Source: Alistipes onderdonkii | Lineage (GTDB): Bacteria > Bacillota_I > Bacilli_A > RFN20 > CAG-288 | Length of the DNA stretch: 64,000 nt | Assembly (NCBI GenBank): GCA_963589675.1 | Contig: CAVALL010000002.1 | Coordinates: forward strand, 2,067 to 66,066 | Direction of reading: 5' to 3' | In this document: positions 47,935 to 57,813 of the stretch, piece by piece | Layout: each line of letters opens with the position of its first letter | Position numbering within the stretch: position 1 is the stretch's first letter | Notes under the pieces: generated by a model | The model's input: only the letters and a program-made list of their open reading frames with translations | The model's database searches: none | What the model was told of the DNA's origin: nothing | Program-made: the position numbers and the translations under genes

Positions 47935-49484
47935 AAACAAAACGCGTCTTATTATTGCTTCCTGCCTTAATATCATTGGTCGGCTGTGATATCGTCGGAT
48001 TTTCAACCGAAGGAAAGAATACAACTGATTCTAGCAAACCTGTTTCCGATAAGACCTCCAATACGGAAAGCAAGGATGACTCCACTCAGGTTGAGAAAGC
48101 AGAATTGATCACAGTATTTGCTATCAACGATGTTCATGGCTCTCTTAAGGAAAATGCAGATGAAGGTGAATTAGGTCTTGCTAAACTTGAGTATGCTATC
48201 AAGCACGATGCGGATTATGATCCTTCCACTAGCATCATCATATCTATCGGTGATTCCTGGCAAGGCGGATATGTCGCTTATAAAGAAAAGACTTTGACGG
48301 ATGAGCTTCTTGCTGATTTCGGTGTTGAAGCGATGTGCTTAGGAAACCACGAATTTGATTGGGGAATTGATACCATCAAAGATTTGAAAGCAAAATCATC
48401 TTTCCCTTTCCTTGCCTGCAATATCAAGACTCCGAATGGTGCCCATACGAACGAATTGTCAGATAATTCTACGATTATCACAAAAGGCAATGTCAAAGTC
48501 GGAATCATCGGTGTTATGGGAAGCGGACAGGAAAGTTCTATCGCTTCAAGCTCTTTAGCCGGATATTCTTTTGATAGCAGAACTAGCGTCATAAAGGATG
48601 AAGTCGATTATCTTAATGGTGAAGGATGTGATTTGGTCATATTGGCAGCTCACGATTCCTACACGGCCAGTTCTGGTTACGTCAATTCCATTGCCAATAC
48701 ATTTGATACCACACAGATTCAAGGCATTTTCGGGGCCCATACACATACATTTGAATCGACTGAATTAGGAACGAACAAGATGCCGTTTGTCCAAGGTGGC
48801 TGCAATACAAAAGGCTATACAAAGATGTGCTTCTCCGTAAAAGGCAAGAAAGCACTTCAGCATTCTTATGTCAAAGCGTTTAATTCAGCAAACTACAATG
48901 TAGACACTTCTCTTCTTAATCAGGATATTGTCACGAAAATCGAAGAAGCGGATAGCAAATACAACGGCTCAGAAGAAATCTGTCAGATGGTTGGAGATTT
49001 CAGAAGAGGTCATGAATTGAACAAATTCGTTCCGGAAATCATGTTGAAGCAAGCAATCAAATATGGATTCAAATCCACAAATGAGTTGATTGCTTTGCAC
49101 AATCTTTCTGGAATCCGTTCTAACATTTCTTCTGGAACATTGACTAGAGAGAAACTGTTCAAGGTTGAACCGTTTGAAAACAAAGTCAAAGTCATCAAGA
49201 ATGTTTCTGGATCAAAACTTGCTTCCTTATTAGGAACGATTGAAGGAACCTATTCTTCATCCTATTATGCCTATATGCGAGAGTCGGAAGAATCCTTCTC
49301 GAGCAGTTTAACCTATGATGTAGTTACTATAGATTTCGTTTCAGAAGGAACATATGGAAAGAAATGCTTCGGAAATGCTACACAGTATGATCTAAGGACG
49401 GAAAAACCTTATATACTTGATGTCATGATTGACTATCTTGAATCCTCTGATAGTAAAACTTATAACGCATCCGATTATCGTTAA
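47931..49484 (+). CDS. surface lipoprotein of the 5'-nucleotidase / UDP-sugar hydrolase metallophosphoesterase family
   Basis: Lipobox LISLVGCD. GNHEFDWG metallophosphatase motif. Confidence 0.75.
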   Translation: MKTKRVLLLLPALISLVGCDIVGFSTEGKNTTDSSKPVSDKTSNTESKDDSTQVEKAELITVFAINDVHGSLKENADEGELGLAKLEYAIKHDADYDPSTSIIISIGDSWQGGYVAYKEKTLTDELLADFGVEAMCLGNHEFDWGIDTIKDLKAKSSFPFLACNIKTPNGAHTNELSDNSTIITKGNVKVGIIGVMGSGQESSIASSSLAGYSFDSRTSVIKDEVDYLNGEGCDLVILAAHDSYTASSGYVNSIANTFDTTQIQGIFGAHTHTFESTELGTNKMPFVQGGCNTKGYTKMCFSVKGKKALQHSYVKAFNSANYNVDTSLLNQDIVTKIEEADSKYNGSEEICQMVGDFRRGHELNKFVPEIMLKQAIKYGFKSTNELIALHNLSGIRSNISSGTLTREKLFKVEPFENKVKVIKNVSGSKLASLLGTIEGTYSSSYYAYMRESEESFSSSLTYDVVTIDFVSEGTYGKKCFGNATQYDLRTEKPYILDVMIDYLESSDSKTYNASDYR

Positions 49485-49488
49485 ACGC

Positions 49489-49515
49489 AAAAAGCAGGGT
49501 TGAGCCCTGCTTTTT
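49489..49515. terminator. bidirectional terminator
   Basis: aaaaagcagggttgagccctgcttttt. Confidence 0.75.
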
Positions 49516-49529
49516 GTCTATCCTGTTAT

Positions 49530-50189
49530 TTACTTTTTCTCAAGACTTGCAGTCTTCAAGGCGTCTTTTCTAAACGAATCAAGGCCTTTTTCAGTCAAAG
49601 GATGCTCGATCAGTGACTTAAGGACCTTATAGGGAACGGTCGCGATATCTGCACCGGCAAGAGCACAGTTTTCAACATGTGCTTTGGAACGGATGGAAGC
49701 GGAAATGATCTTTGTATCATAGCCGAAGTTTGCTTTCATTGTGACGATGTCTTCAATCAGTTTCATGCTGTCCCACCCATTGTCATCAAGACGTCCTAAG
49801 AAGGGAGAGACATAGGTGGCATGATTTTCCATGGCAAGGAGTGCCTGGGCGGAGGAGAAACATAAAGTCACATTGGTTGGAATATGTTTTTCGTACAGTG
49901 CTTTACAGGCCTGAAGTCCGGGAATTGTCATAGGCAGTTTTATGACGATATGCTTCGGATCGATTGCATAAAGTTCCTCAGCCTGTTTCATCATACCATC
50001 ATAGTCCTCGGCAGTGACTTCGGCAGAGATGGGACCATCGATCAGTTTAGTGATCTGAGTGATGACATCCTTCTGAGTAAGACCTTCTCTTGCGATGAGA
50101 GATGGATTGGTGGTGACGCCTTTTACAAAGCCCCAAGTGGCGGCTTCTTTGATTTCGTCGATGTTAGCTGTATCAATGAATAAAACCAT
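49530..50189 (-). CDS. tal: transaldolase (short TalC/type 3B form), probable housekeeping paralog
   Basis: HIVIKLPMT lysine motif. 219 aa. Confidence 0.8.
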   Translation of the reverse strand: MVLFIDTANIDEIKEAATWGFVKGVTTNPSLIAREGLTQKDVITQITKLIDGPISAEVTAEDYDGMMKQAEELYAIDPKHIVIKLPMTIPGLQACKALYEKHIPTNVTLCFSSAQALLAMENHATYVSPFLGRLDDNGWDSMKLIEDIVTMKANFGYDTKIISASIRSKAHVENCALAGADIATVPYKVLKSLIEHPLTEKGLDSFRKDALKTASLEKK

Positions 50190-50219
50190 AGTTTGAATCC
50201 TTTCTTTGTTTTCTTATAT

Positions 50220-50753
50220 TTATAGGATAGGAGCGGAAGTGTTGCTTCCACGGAAGATATTGAAGATTCCCATGCCGAGATATGCGTTGTAGTGAGCCGC
50301 CTTCTTGTTGTATGTGTGATAAGGGGAAGTTTTAGAAGACGGATCAAGGTAGAGCTGTTTCTCAAGCTTCTCGTCGATGTCTTTGTATTTCTCGACGATA
50401 TGTTTGTCGGCAAGGTATTTACGGATGTACATGATTAAGAAATCGTTCTGATTCTTAATGGATGCAACGTCGACTGGAACTTTAGAGAAGGAATCGTTGA
50501 CAGTGTTCAGACAGTCGATCATATTCTTGGGTAAGAATCTTCCATCATCCTGCATATGTTTGATTGAAGCCTCTATCTCCTCGAATCTAGTTTTTTCATA
50601 GGGGATGATTTTCTCTAATTCGGCATAGGCCTTTTTCTTTGCGCCTTTCATCAGGAAATGAACGATGGCTCCGGAAATGAAATAGATGGCGATGACGCCG
50701 ACAATGACAACGACATAAATCCACCAGGTGTTGTTATTTGTGTTATTAGGCAT
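50220..50753 (-). CDS. lemA: LemA-family membrane protein
   Basis: Single N-terminal TM, then a LemA-like helical domain. 177 aa. Confidence 0.65.
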   Translation of the reverse strand: MPNNTNNNTWWIYVVVIVGVIAIYFISGAIVHFLMKGAKKKAYAELEKIIPYEKTRFEEIEASIKHMQDDGRFLPKNMIDCLNTVNDSFSKVPVDVASIKNQNDFLIMYIRKYLADKHIVEKYKDIDEKLEKQLYLDPSSKTSPYHTYNKKAAHYNAYLGMGIFNIFRGSNTSAPIL

Positions 50754-50763
50754 AACTTATTCC

Positions 50764-51114
50764 TCAGTCTTTCTTCTCTTCATTTCTGTGGATGCTATCT
50801 TCCTTGTTGAAATGATTTCCGTGATATCTCTTATGAAGTTTGTCGAGGTTGTACTGAGCCACTTCTTCTAAAGTGACATTCAAGCCAGATGCTGTCTCTG
50901 CGATGTACCAAAGGACGTCGCCTAACTCCTCCATGAGATGCTCTTTGTTGAGCTCGTGGCCTTGGAAACGATTCTTCTTGACGATGTCACAGCATTCACC
51001 GCTTTCACCAGCGAGTCCAAGGACACCGTTGAGAACCATATCCTTTTTACCGTCTTCGCTGATCAAATCGTAGGCTTCCTTCTGATATTCGTTGAAATTG
51101 ATTTTGTCGTTCAT
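50764..51114 (-). CDS. MazG-like nucleotide pyrophosphohydrolase (small single-domain)
   Basis: EELGDVLWYIAE motif. Confidence 0.7.
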   Translation of the reverse strand: MNDKINFNEYQKEAYDLISEDGKKDMVLNGVLGLAGESGECCDIVKKNRFQGHELNKEHLMEELGDVLWYIAETASGLNVTLEEVAQYNLDKLHKRYHGNHFNKEDSIHRNEEKKD

Positions 51115-51128
51115 TCTGTTTGTCCTTT

Positions 51129-51605
51129 CTAATCCACTACGATTGTGTAGTCTTTCTTTTTGTATTTTTCGATGATGCGTTTGGTTCCACGGAGATATTC
51201 GTTGTCTTCCGGAAGAGAATCCAATGGATAGAATCCGATGGAATCGGATTCTTTGTCGTGTGGATTGATATATTCTCCACTATTTATTTTATCATAGAAG
51301 ATAAGGTCAACATAATGGGTGATATCTCCATTCGGATAATAGAATATTTCTTTTTTGCCAGATAGAATCATCAATAGTTTGGGGCTGTTCAAGGTGATAC
51401 CAGTCTCTTCATAGATTTCCCTTCTTAATGCATCACAAACGGTCTCATTTAGTTCGATTGCTCCACCCGGAAGACAATACATCCCATTGTCATGACGCTT
51501 CTCTAATAGAATTTCGCCTTTGTCATTTTCGATAATGGCACTTACGCCTACAGAGAGGAGAGGATCATGCCCGATGATTTTTCTCATTGATTGAATGTAG
51601 TCCAT
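51129..51605 (-). CDS. NUDIX hydrolase
   Basis: Nudix box LPGGAIELNETVCDALRREIYEETGI. Confidence 0.8.
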   Translation of the reverse strand: MDYIQSMRKIIGHDPLLSVGVSAIIENDKGEILLEKRHDNGMYCLPGGAIELNETVCDALRREIYEETGITLNSPKLLMILSGKKEIFYYPNGDITHYVDLIFYDKINSGEYINPHDKESDSIGFYPLDSLPEDNEYLRGTKRIIEKYKKKDYTIVVD

Positions 51606-51656
51606 ATAGAATTGTGTCTCCTATTCGAGTATCATTATAGCGAGATTTAAAACAAC

Positions 51657-51926
51657 ATGGTACAAAATGACAAGATAAATCAAGATAAGGCGATGTCCTA
51701 CTTAAAAGCCGGATATCATCTAGTCAGCATCATCGGAAAAAGGGAGGTTAGATTCTCCTATAGTCAAGGCAAGATATTAGTCTTTGGAGAAGAGCATTTC
51801 TTGTCATTGAATGAGTATTCCTTCAAAGAAATCTATCATGATTGCCTTTTTCAATTAGACACGGAAAATGAGGAAGAAACAGTCGATATGAAAAAAGATG
51901 AAGAGTATTACTCCTGGAAGCAATAA
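51657..51926 (+). CDS. hypothetical small protein
   Basis: 89-aa ORF. No recognisable motifs. Confidence 0.3.
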   Translation: MVQNDKINQDKAMSYLKAGYHLVSIIGKREVRFSYSQGKILVFGEEHFLSLNEYSFKEIYHDCLFQLDTENEEETVDMKKDEEYYSWKQ

Positions 51927-51993
51927 AAACACTTGAAAAAATTGGATTTTTCGCTATAATTATCTAGCATTATATCAGTGAGGTATATTTACT

Positions 51994-52140
51994 ATGGGAA
52001 AGAAAAGATTTGAAGCCAGAGGCTTTGCAGATGAATGGGCCGTCAGAAGAAAAAAGAGATTAGCTAAGGAACAGAAGTCCGAAGCTAAGAATAAGGCTGC
52101 AAAGAAAGCTGCTAAGGCTGCTGCTTTGGAAGCAAAATAA
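51994..52140 (+). CDS. unannotated 48-aa highly basic Lys/Ala-rich small protein
   Basis: RBS AGTGAGGT 8 nt before the ATG. MGKKRFEARGFADEWAVRRKKRLAKEQKSEAKNKAAKKAAKAAALEAK. Followed by the bidirectional terminator at 52209-52245. Below the ORF-track length cutoff. Confidence 0.4.
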   Translation: MGKKRFEARGFADEWAVRRKKRLAKEQKSEAKNKAAKKAAKAAALEAK

Positions 52141-52208
52141 TCATCTGAAATCAATTAAGAATCTGCTATCCGAAAGGGTAGCTTTTTCTTTGTGAAAAAA
52201 CGAAAATG

Positions 52209-52245
52209 AAAAACCCGGAAGGCGTTTGTCTTCCGGGTTTGTTGT
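52209..52245. terminator. bidirectional terminator
   Basis: aaaacccggaaggcgtttgtcttccgggtttgttgttt. Confidence 0.75.
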
Positions 52246-55200
52246 TTAGATTACGCCGAAGAAATAGTTCTTTGTGGAATCAGAGTAGCTAAGTGTCAAC
52301 TTGGCACCATTATCCTGAACGGATCCGCCGGTGGCGAGCCCTAAGAACCTTTTGAATGTGTAATCATTGAATTGATATTCAGCTAAGTTCACATAGTTGT
52401 CATTGCTATTGTATGCGTTCAAGAATGTGTTGTATCTAGCCATCTTCTCATCACGGATTGCATCTTCCGCTTCGCCAAGACAAATGTTGTTTCTTGTCGC
52501 ATTGAACTTTAGTGTTCCATCCATAATGCCAGCGATAGAGAAGTCTACAGACATATTGACATTTGTAAGTTCCATATCAGAGTTGTATCCGATACTGATG
52601 CTCGTTCCCTTGTCAGAGAAACTGAGAACAGGAAGAGAAATCAACTTTCCTAATGAACAGGTCATATTCAATGAACCACTGCCATCTTCGTTTTCTTGTT
52701 GGACAGCTTTATCGAGGAGTGAAGAGTAATTATGGTTGATGACAACAGAGGAATCATCGCTGGTGTCCTTCATGGCTGCAAATATCTTGTCGAGCATAAT
52801 GTAACCACCGGTTGCATCTTCAACATGAAGGATGTAGCTTAAGAGGTAGTAGGCGATGTTGTCAGTGATTTCTTTAGGTGTGAGTTTGTATAATTCGACT
52901 GTCTTGTTCTTCTTTTTGTCTGTTGTGGTTCTTTCGGAGAGTACGAATTCATTTTCAACGAAGAATTCAACGCCATAGAAGTTGCTGCTAGCGATTGTTG
53001 CAGAAGAGTTGCTCTTGAAGGAGAGATAAGCTTTGACAGTCGAATCAACAATGGAGACATAGACTTGATAATAAGTGTTAATTGTGACGGCACTGATTCC
53101 GATGATGGATGCGTCAAGATTCATGCTTCCGCTAAGGTCGAAGAAATGATGATTGGTAGTCGTGATGCCACAATTGATCAAGGTGTCAAAGCCGTGAACA
53201 TCGACAAAGTTGTCTTTTGTGCTGTCGTTGTATTCGATAGTTGGTTTTAAACTGGAGTCGTATTCGCCAAGATTGATTTCAGCATGTAAGGAATAACCAT
53301 CGTAGTATCCGTCAACCTCTGCTTTGCTGATCTTATAGTTGTCATCGAATGTGACGATGATGGTGTCAACATTGCCAGAAGTGTCATCGCTATTCAATAT
53401 GGAGGAAGCGAGTTTCAATGTGACAGTCTTATCTTTGATTTCGACCTGTTTGATGTAGTCGTTCAAGAGGATAGTATAGTCTTTGTTTTTGAAAGCATCT
53501 AAGATAGGAAGACCAGTGACCACCTTTTCCGTCGTATCGAAGTAAGCCTTCAGATAACGATAGAGAAGATTTGTCTTGTTGTCTTTTAGTGACATGACTC
53601 TATCATAGATGGAGAAGAGGTCAGAGTTATTCATGACAAGGCTAGTTGTACCAGAGTCATTGTTGGTGTCTGTATCTTTGGAAGTATACATGGCAACAGT
53701 CTGTCCGGCTGTATGCGTTCCAGAGTAGAGGTAATCAATCTTATGATCGGTTTCCTTCTCATAGCTATCAGGCTGCTGGAGAAGATGAAGTGTGCCACCG
53801 ACATCAGGACTATCTTTGTCAGTGATATCAACCTGAGCATCACCATATAGTCCAAGATAGGAATGATACTGATCAGCCTCATCTTTCTTCTTGATTTCAC
53901 CATTTAAGTTAACGGAGAACTGCTTCAAATCTGTTGGAAGTGAATAGAATCCGTTGATGATCTTACTGGCAGAATCGATTTCGGTATAGTACTTTGTCTC
54001 TTCCTCAGTCAGATGGAAATCTTTATATTCATCATGAAGTTTCAAAGTGAAGTCTAATTTCAACTTGTCGTTGATCTCAAAGCCTTTGCAGGAGATAGCC
54101 GTGATAGAGTCATCATCGGTATTGATATAGAGAGAAAGGCTAGAGATTTCATCAGCAAGAGTTGAACCGGCAAAGAACAAAGGAAGATTGATATCAAGTT
54201 TCAAGACATTCGAATCGACATTTTCCTTATCCAAAGTGAGATAATCTTTAATACATTTGACAGAATAACTTCCCTTGACTTCATCAACGATAGAGTGAAT
54301 GACAGTATTCATGCTGTCAAAGACTTTGGAAGTATTCTCTTTATCCTTATTTACAATATCGTAGATAGATCCGACTTCGCTGTCTGACATCTTTTGTTTG
54401 AAGAAGTCGTCCATCTGCAAGAATAAATCATGATCTTGATAGACGAAATCAAGGTTGTGGTCATATCCATTTAGATTTGTAGCTAAGGTCAAGCGATAGT
54501 CGCCATAATAATTGTTTCCGGAATCAAGAGAGAGGGATGTGACATCAGCAGAGATTTCACCGTTGGCAAGGTAGTTGCTGCCATCAGCGATATTCTGAAG
54601 ATTGAATGAATAGGTGGTATTGATCTTACGTTCATCTGCTAACTTTGTGACAGTGTTGAATATGGAGATGATGCCACAATAATCTTTGAAGGAAGCAAAC
54701 TCAGCATCGGTGTACTTAAAGGAGATGTTTTCCTGTGGTTTAACATCGATTGTGAAATCAAGTTTGATGTTCTTGTAGGAGAAATTCTCAATTGTGATTT
54801 TGAATCCTTCTGAAACATCAGTGGAAGAGTCATCTAAGGTGATCTTCAGAATATAGTCACCTAAACCAAATGCTTTTGCGTTGATGGAAAGAACAAAACC
54901 ATTTGTGGTTGTCTCAAAATCAGAAATAAAGTTCTTATACACGGATAAGTCACCGGTCAAGAGTTTTGCAAGGTCAGTTCCTTCAATAATGCTATCAAGA
55001 CTCTTTGTGATTTCAGGAAGGTCTTCTGTATTGATCTCAGAGGAGACGATACGAATGATGTCATCTAATGTCGAAGAAGAAATCTTTCCTTTGATAAGGT
55101 TGTTCAGTGCTACATAGATATTGTTGTCCTTGTATGTGGCATAAACATTGTTTGCAAGAGTTCCGTTATTTAAATGTTCTAAAGAAACTTCGTATTTTCC

Positions 55201-56229
55201 TTTTGAAACATCCTCAGTGATAGATGATAGGTCGCCTTTTAATGTTCCTTTGAATGTCTGCTTCTGAATGGAATTGTCAGAAAGACTTACATCCGCATTA
55301 AAATCAGCGATGAAGTTCTTCTTTTGCATCAATGATGCGATAGAAGTGATGAGATTCGTAGTACGTGTTGTATAGTCGGTATAGTGTGATTTTTGTTCAT
55401 CGGAGAGTCCACTATATGAAGAGGAATCTTTAATCTGGATGTTGTTTACATCGAGTTTTACAGCATAGGAAGAATTGATTTCGATACCAGAATCTTCGAC
55501 TGTTCTTCCACCGATGAAGTTGTAATCGTTATCAGAGACAAGAGCGAGTTTTGCACCTTTGATAGAGATAGGAAGATTCAAGGATGAAAAGAAATCGTTG
55601 CAATCAAGAATGTATTCATATCCTGTAGCTGTTTTCTTTTCTTCGACAGTGTCAAGGATGCCTAAGGCACTATTCATCAATGTTGATAAATCCAAAGAAC
55701 TTCCCATATCAGGAATGGTAGGAACATTGATGTTCAGTTTAGAAAGAACACCAGTGATTCCGGCGATCGTCTTTGGAGCAGAGAAAGAGAATGACTTTTG
55801 GTTGTAGTCGATATAGAGCATATCCGTATCATAATAAACGGATAATTCCTCATTGATATCCTTATATTTTACATTGAGGGTTCCGTTAAGCTTAAGTGAA
55901 GAGACATTTCCGCTTAACGCACCACTTAAATCGATGTCAAGATTGCTAAAGTTCAAGTAGATGTCATCGCTCTCCGTAGTAGATAAGGTAACGGCTGCAT
56001 TGCCGGCTTTGACTTCTTGTACCTTCATCAGCTTGTTGATCATCTTAGAGAAGCCAGGCTCATCAATCGGGGGATTGTAGATGCTCTCATCGTCATCATC
56101 ATTGTCTGATGTATCGGTTGTATCTGTCTTGGCAGTTGTTCTAGTAAGTTTTTGATAAAGGTAAGATCCTGCACCAGATATACTCAATGTCAGTACACTG
56201 ATAAGAGGATATAAAATGATATGTTTCAT
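52246..56229 (-). CDS. giant (1327 aa) N-terminally membrane-anchored extracellular protein of unknown function
   Basis: Single N-terminal TM (ILYPLISVLTLSISGAGSYLY), then a D-rich linker, then ~1250 aa rich in S/T/N/D/K/Y/I/L with beta-strand-like periodicity. No LPXTG, no catalytic motif recognised. Second gene of a two-gene operon. Confidence 0.6.
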   Translation of the reverse strand: MKHIILYPLISVLTLSISGAGSYLYQKLTRTTAKTDTTDTSDNDDDDESIYNPPIDEPGFSKMINKLMKVQEVKAGNAAVTLSTTESDDIYLNFSNLDIDLSGALSGNVSSLKLNGTLNVKYKDINEELSVYYDTDMLYIDYNQKSFSFSAPKTIAGITGVLSKLNINVPTIPDMGSSLDLSTLMNSALGILDTVEEKKTATGYEYILDCNDFFSSLNLPISIKGAKLALVSDNDYNFIGGRTVEDSGIEINSSYAVKLDVNNIQIKDSSSYSGLSDEQKSHYTDYTTRTTNLITSIASLMQKKNFIADFNADVSLSDNSIQKQTFKGTLKGDLSSITEDVSKGKYEVSLEHLNNGTLANNVYATYKDNNIYVALNNLIKGKISSSTLDDIIRIVSSEINTEDLPEITKSLDSIIEGTDLAKLLTGDLSVYKNFISDFETTTNGFVLSINAKAFGLGDYILKITLDDSSTDVSEGFKITIENFSYKNIKLDFTIDVKPQENISFKYTDAEFASFKDYCGIISIFNTVTKLADERKINTTYSFNLQNIADGSNYLANGEISADVTSLSLDSGNNYYGDYRLTLATNLNGYDHNLDFVYQDHDLFLQMDDFFKQKMSDSEVGSIYDIVNKDKENTSKVFDSMNTVIHSIVDEVKGSYSVKCIKDYLTLDKENVDSNVLKLDINLPLFFAGSTLADEISSLSLYINTDDDSITAISCKGFEINDKLKLDFTLKLHDEYKDFHLTEEETKYYTEIDSASKIINGFYSLPTDLKQFSVNLNGEIKKKDEADQYHSYLGLYGDAQVDITDKDSPDVGGTLHLLQQPDSYEKETDHKIDYLYSGTHTAGQTVAMYTSKDTDTNNDSGTTSLVMNNSDLFSIYDRVMSLKDNKTNLLYRYLKAYFDTTEKVVTGLPILDAFKNKDYTILLNDYIKQVEIKDKTVTLKLASSILNSDDTSGNVDTIIVTFDDNYKISKAEVDGYYDGYSLHAEINLGEYDSSLKPTIEYNDSTKDNFVDVHGFDTLINCGITTTNHHFFDLSGSMNLDASIIGISAVTINTYYQVYVSIVDSTVKAYLSFKSNSSATIASSNFYGVEFFVENEFVLSERTTTDKKKNKTVELYKLTPKEITDNIAYYLLSYILHVEDATGGYIMLDKIFAAMKDTSDDSSVVINHNYSSLLDKAVQQENEDGSGSLNMTCSLGKLISLPVLSFSDKGTSISIGYNSDMELTNVNMSVDFSIAGIMDGTLKFNATRNNICLGEAEDAIRDEKMARYNTFLNAYNSNDNYVNLAEYQFNDYTFKRFLGLATGGSVQDNGAKLTLSYSDSTKNYFFGVI

Positions 56230-56244
56230 TAATCATTCTCCTTT

Positions 56245-57357
56245 CTAAATGTTCATCAGTTCATAACCGTTGAAATCTTCTGTGATTTCTGGAACAGTAA
56301 CAGTTACGGATTTACCATCGTTCTCAATCGTGTTTGTGGAGCTTGTCAAATAAATTTGGTCTAAGTCTGATATGGCGTTTGTCACAAGTCCACCAGTGTT
56401 AACACGATATTCATCGTGGAAAACAGAGGATACAAGTTTTAATTCAGTATCCAAGTCAAATGTAAGTTTACAACTTGAAAATTGCGGACGAGATTTTAGC
56501 CTACCGGTTGTCTTCATCTGGACCTGGACATAAGAAACGGCATATCCGACATTCAAATCCAATTCAACATGATAACCAGTGTCAGTTTTACTAATCTGGG
56601 ATTTGCTGACAGACTTGTTTGTCAAAGAGTAACCGATGACACCACTTCTCTTATGCTTGCTTTCTTCCGTGGATGAGTCATATTCTTCTTTGCTCAGAGT
56701 CAGGAATTTTTCAGGAATCGGTTCATCATCCGAGACATCGCTCTTATCAATGCAATAGTAAGTTCCATGCAACAATTTGCCAAAGGACTGTATGTATTGA
56801 TCGTATGAGTAGTTCTTGGACTCTAACCCATCTTTCTTCCATTCATCTTCAGACTTGCATTCATAAGCTTTGACGTTATTGTCATTTGTGTCATAATAAC
56901 GATCAGCTGTGTTTACGACGGAAGAAGATGAAACTTTTTGGTTAAAGACACCTTCCGGATAACTGTAAGTAGTACTGACAATTGATTGTTTTACACCGGC
57001 AGCGGCCTGTACGACACCTCTTCCAAGAGTTAAGGTGTAGGATGTATTAGCATATAAATCACATGCGTAATTAATCAATATATATGAGTCCTCACTAAAA
57101 TCATCCGCGATAGTCCCGGCTGATAACGAGTTCTCAATTCTAGTTTTATCATATGATTTATCCTTTTCGATGACGATGGCATCTTGTTCAGGATTGATAT
57201 TGTTATATAAGACATATCCACCGATTACGCCGACACTAGCAGAGATGATGCTGATGATTGTCGAAATGATGATAGTAGACTTTTTCGTCTTTTTCTTTGT
57301 GCCAGTGGAATTATTCTCTTTATCTGTTGAATTTGACTGTTTTTTGTTTCTTTTCAT
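56245..57357 (-). CDS. 370-aa N-terminally membrane-anchored extracellular protein of unknown function (partner of the giant protein)
   Basis: Basic N-terminus, one TM (TIIISTIISIISASVGVIGGYVLY), rest hydrophilic. 15-nt gap to the next gene. Confidence 0.55.
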   Translation of the reverse strand: MKRNKKQSNSTDKENNSTGTKKKTKKSTIIISTIISIISASVGVIGGYVLYNNINPEQDAIVIEKDKSYDKTRIENSLSAGTIADDFSEDSYILINYACDLYANTSYTLTLGRGVVQAAAGVKQSIVSTTYSYPEGVFNQKVSSSSVVNTADRYYDTNDNNVKAYECKSEDEWKKDGLESKNYSYDQYIQSFGKLLHGTYYCIDKSDVSDDEPIPEKFLTLSKEEYDSSTEESKHKRSGVIGYSLTNKSVSKSQISKTDTGYHVELDLNVGYAVSYVQVQMKTTGRLKSRPQFSSCKLTFDLDTELKLVSSVFHDEYRVNTGGLVTNAISDLDQIYLTSSTNTIENDGKSVTVTVPEITEDFNGYELMNI

Positions 57358-57407
57358 AATACCTTAAAACATAGCACATAGTACAAAAATACACATGCTA
57401 TATAGGT

Positions 57408-57436
57408 ATAATATCTTCTTTCGACAAAATGGTCAA
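57408..57436 (-). promoter_or_regulatory. sigma-A type promoter of the 370/1327-aa operon
   Basis: Minus strand TTGACC-(17)-TATTAT about 45 nt upstream of the start codon at 57357. Confidence 0.5.
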
Positions 57437-57452
57437 TTGTTATTCAAAAAAA

Positions 57453-57812
57453 CTATTTATCAGATTCCATCAAGATACGCATACGTTCTTCGTATCTTCT
57501 TCTCTTGTTTTCTTCCTGGATAGTCTTGTTGGTGTAATAGAAGATAACGATAAGAAGACCAATCATAGCGATGATCATAGCAAGAGTTCCCCAAAGTCTG
57601 AAGTCCATGACACCACTCATCTTAAAGAAGGTGGCAAAGGATTTCTGAAGAGCATAAAGGGGATTTGTATTGAGCTTACCGATGTTATATGCGCAGACTC
57701 CGAGAATTGCAAAGACGAGGCCAGTGACCCAAATGGCACCTAGGATGCTGTACCAAACGATTTCGCCAGTGAATAATTTTCTGGCCTTCTTGTTTTCTTT
57801 TGTATCTTTCAT
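57453..57812 (-). CDS. small 3-TM membrane protein, hypothetical
   Basis: 119 aa. Hydrophobic segments at aa 17-40, 70-95 and 98-110. 1-nt gap after the upstream 295-aa gene. Confidence 0.5.
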   Translation of the reverse strand: MKDTKENKKARKLFTGEIVWYSILGAIWVTGLVFAILGVCAYNIGKLNTNPLYALQKSFATFFKMSGVMDFRLWGTLAMIIAMIGLLIVIFYYTNKTIQEENKRRRYEERMRILMESDK

Positions 57813-57813
57813 A

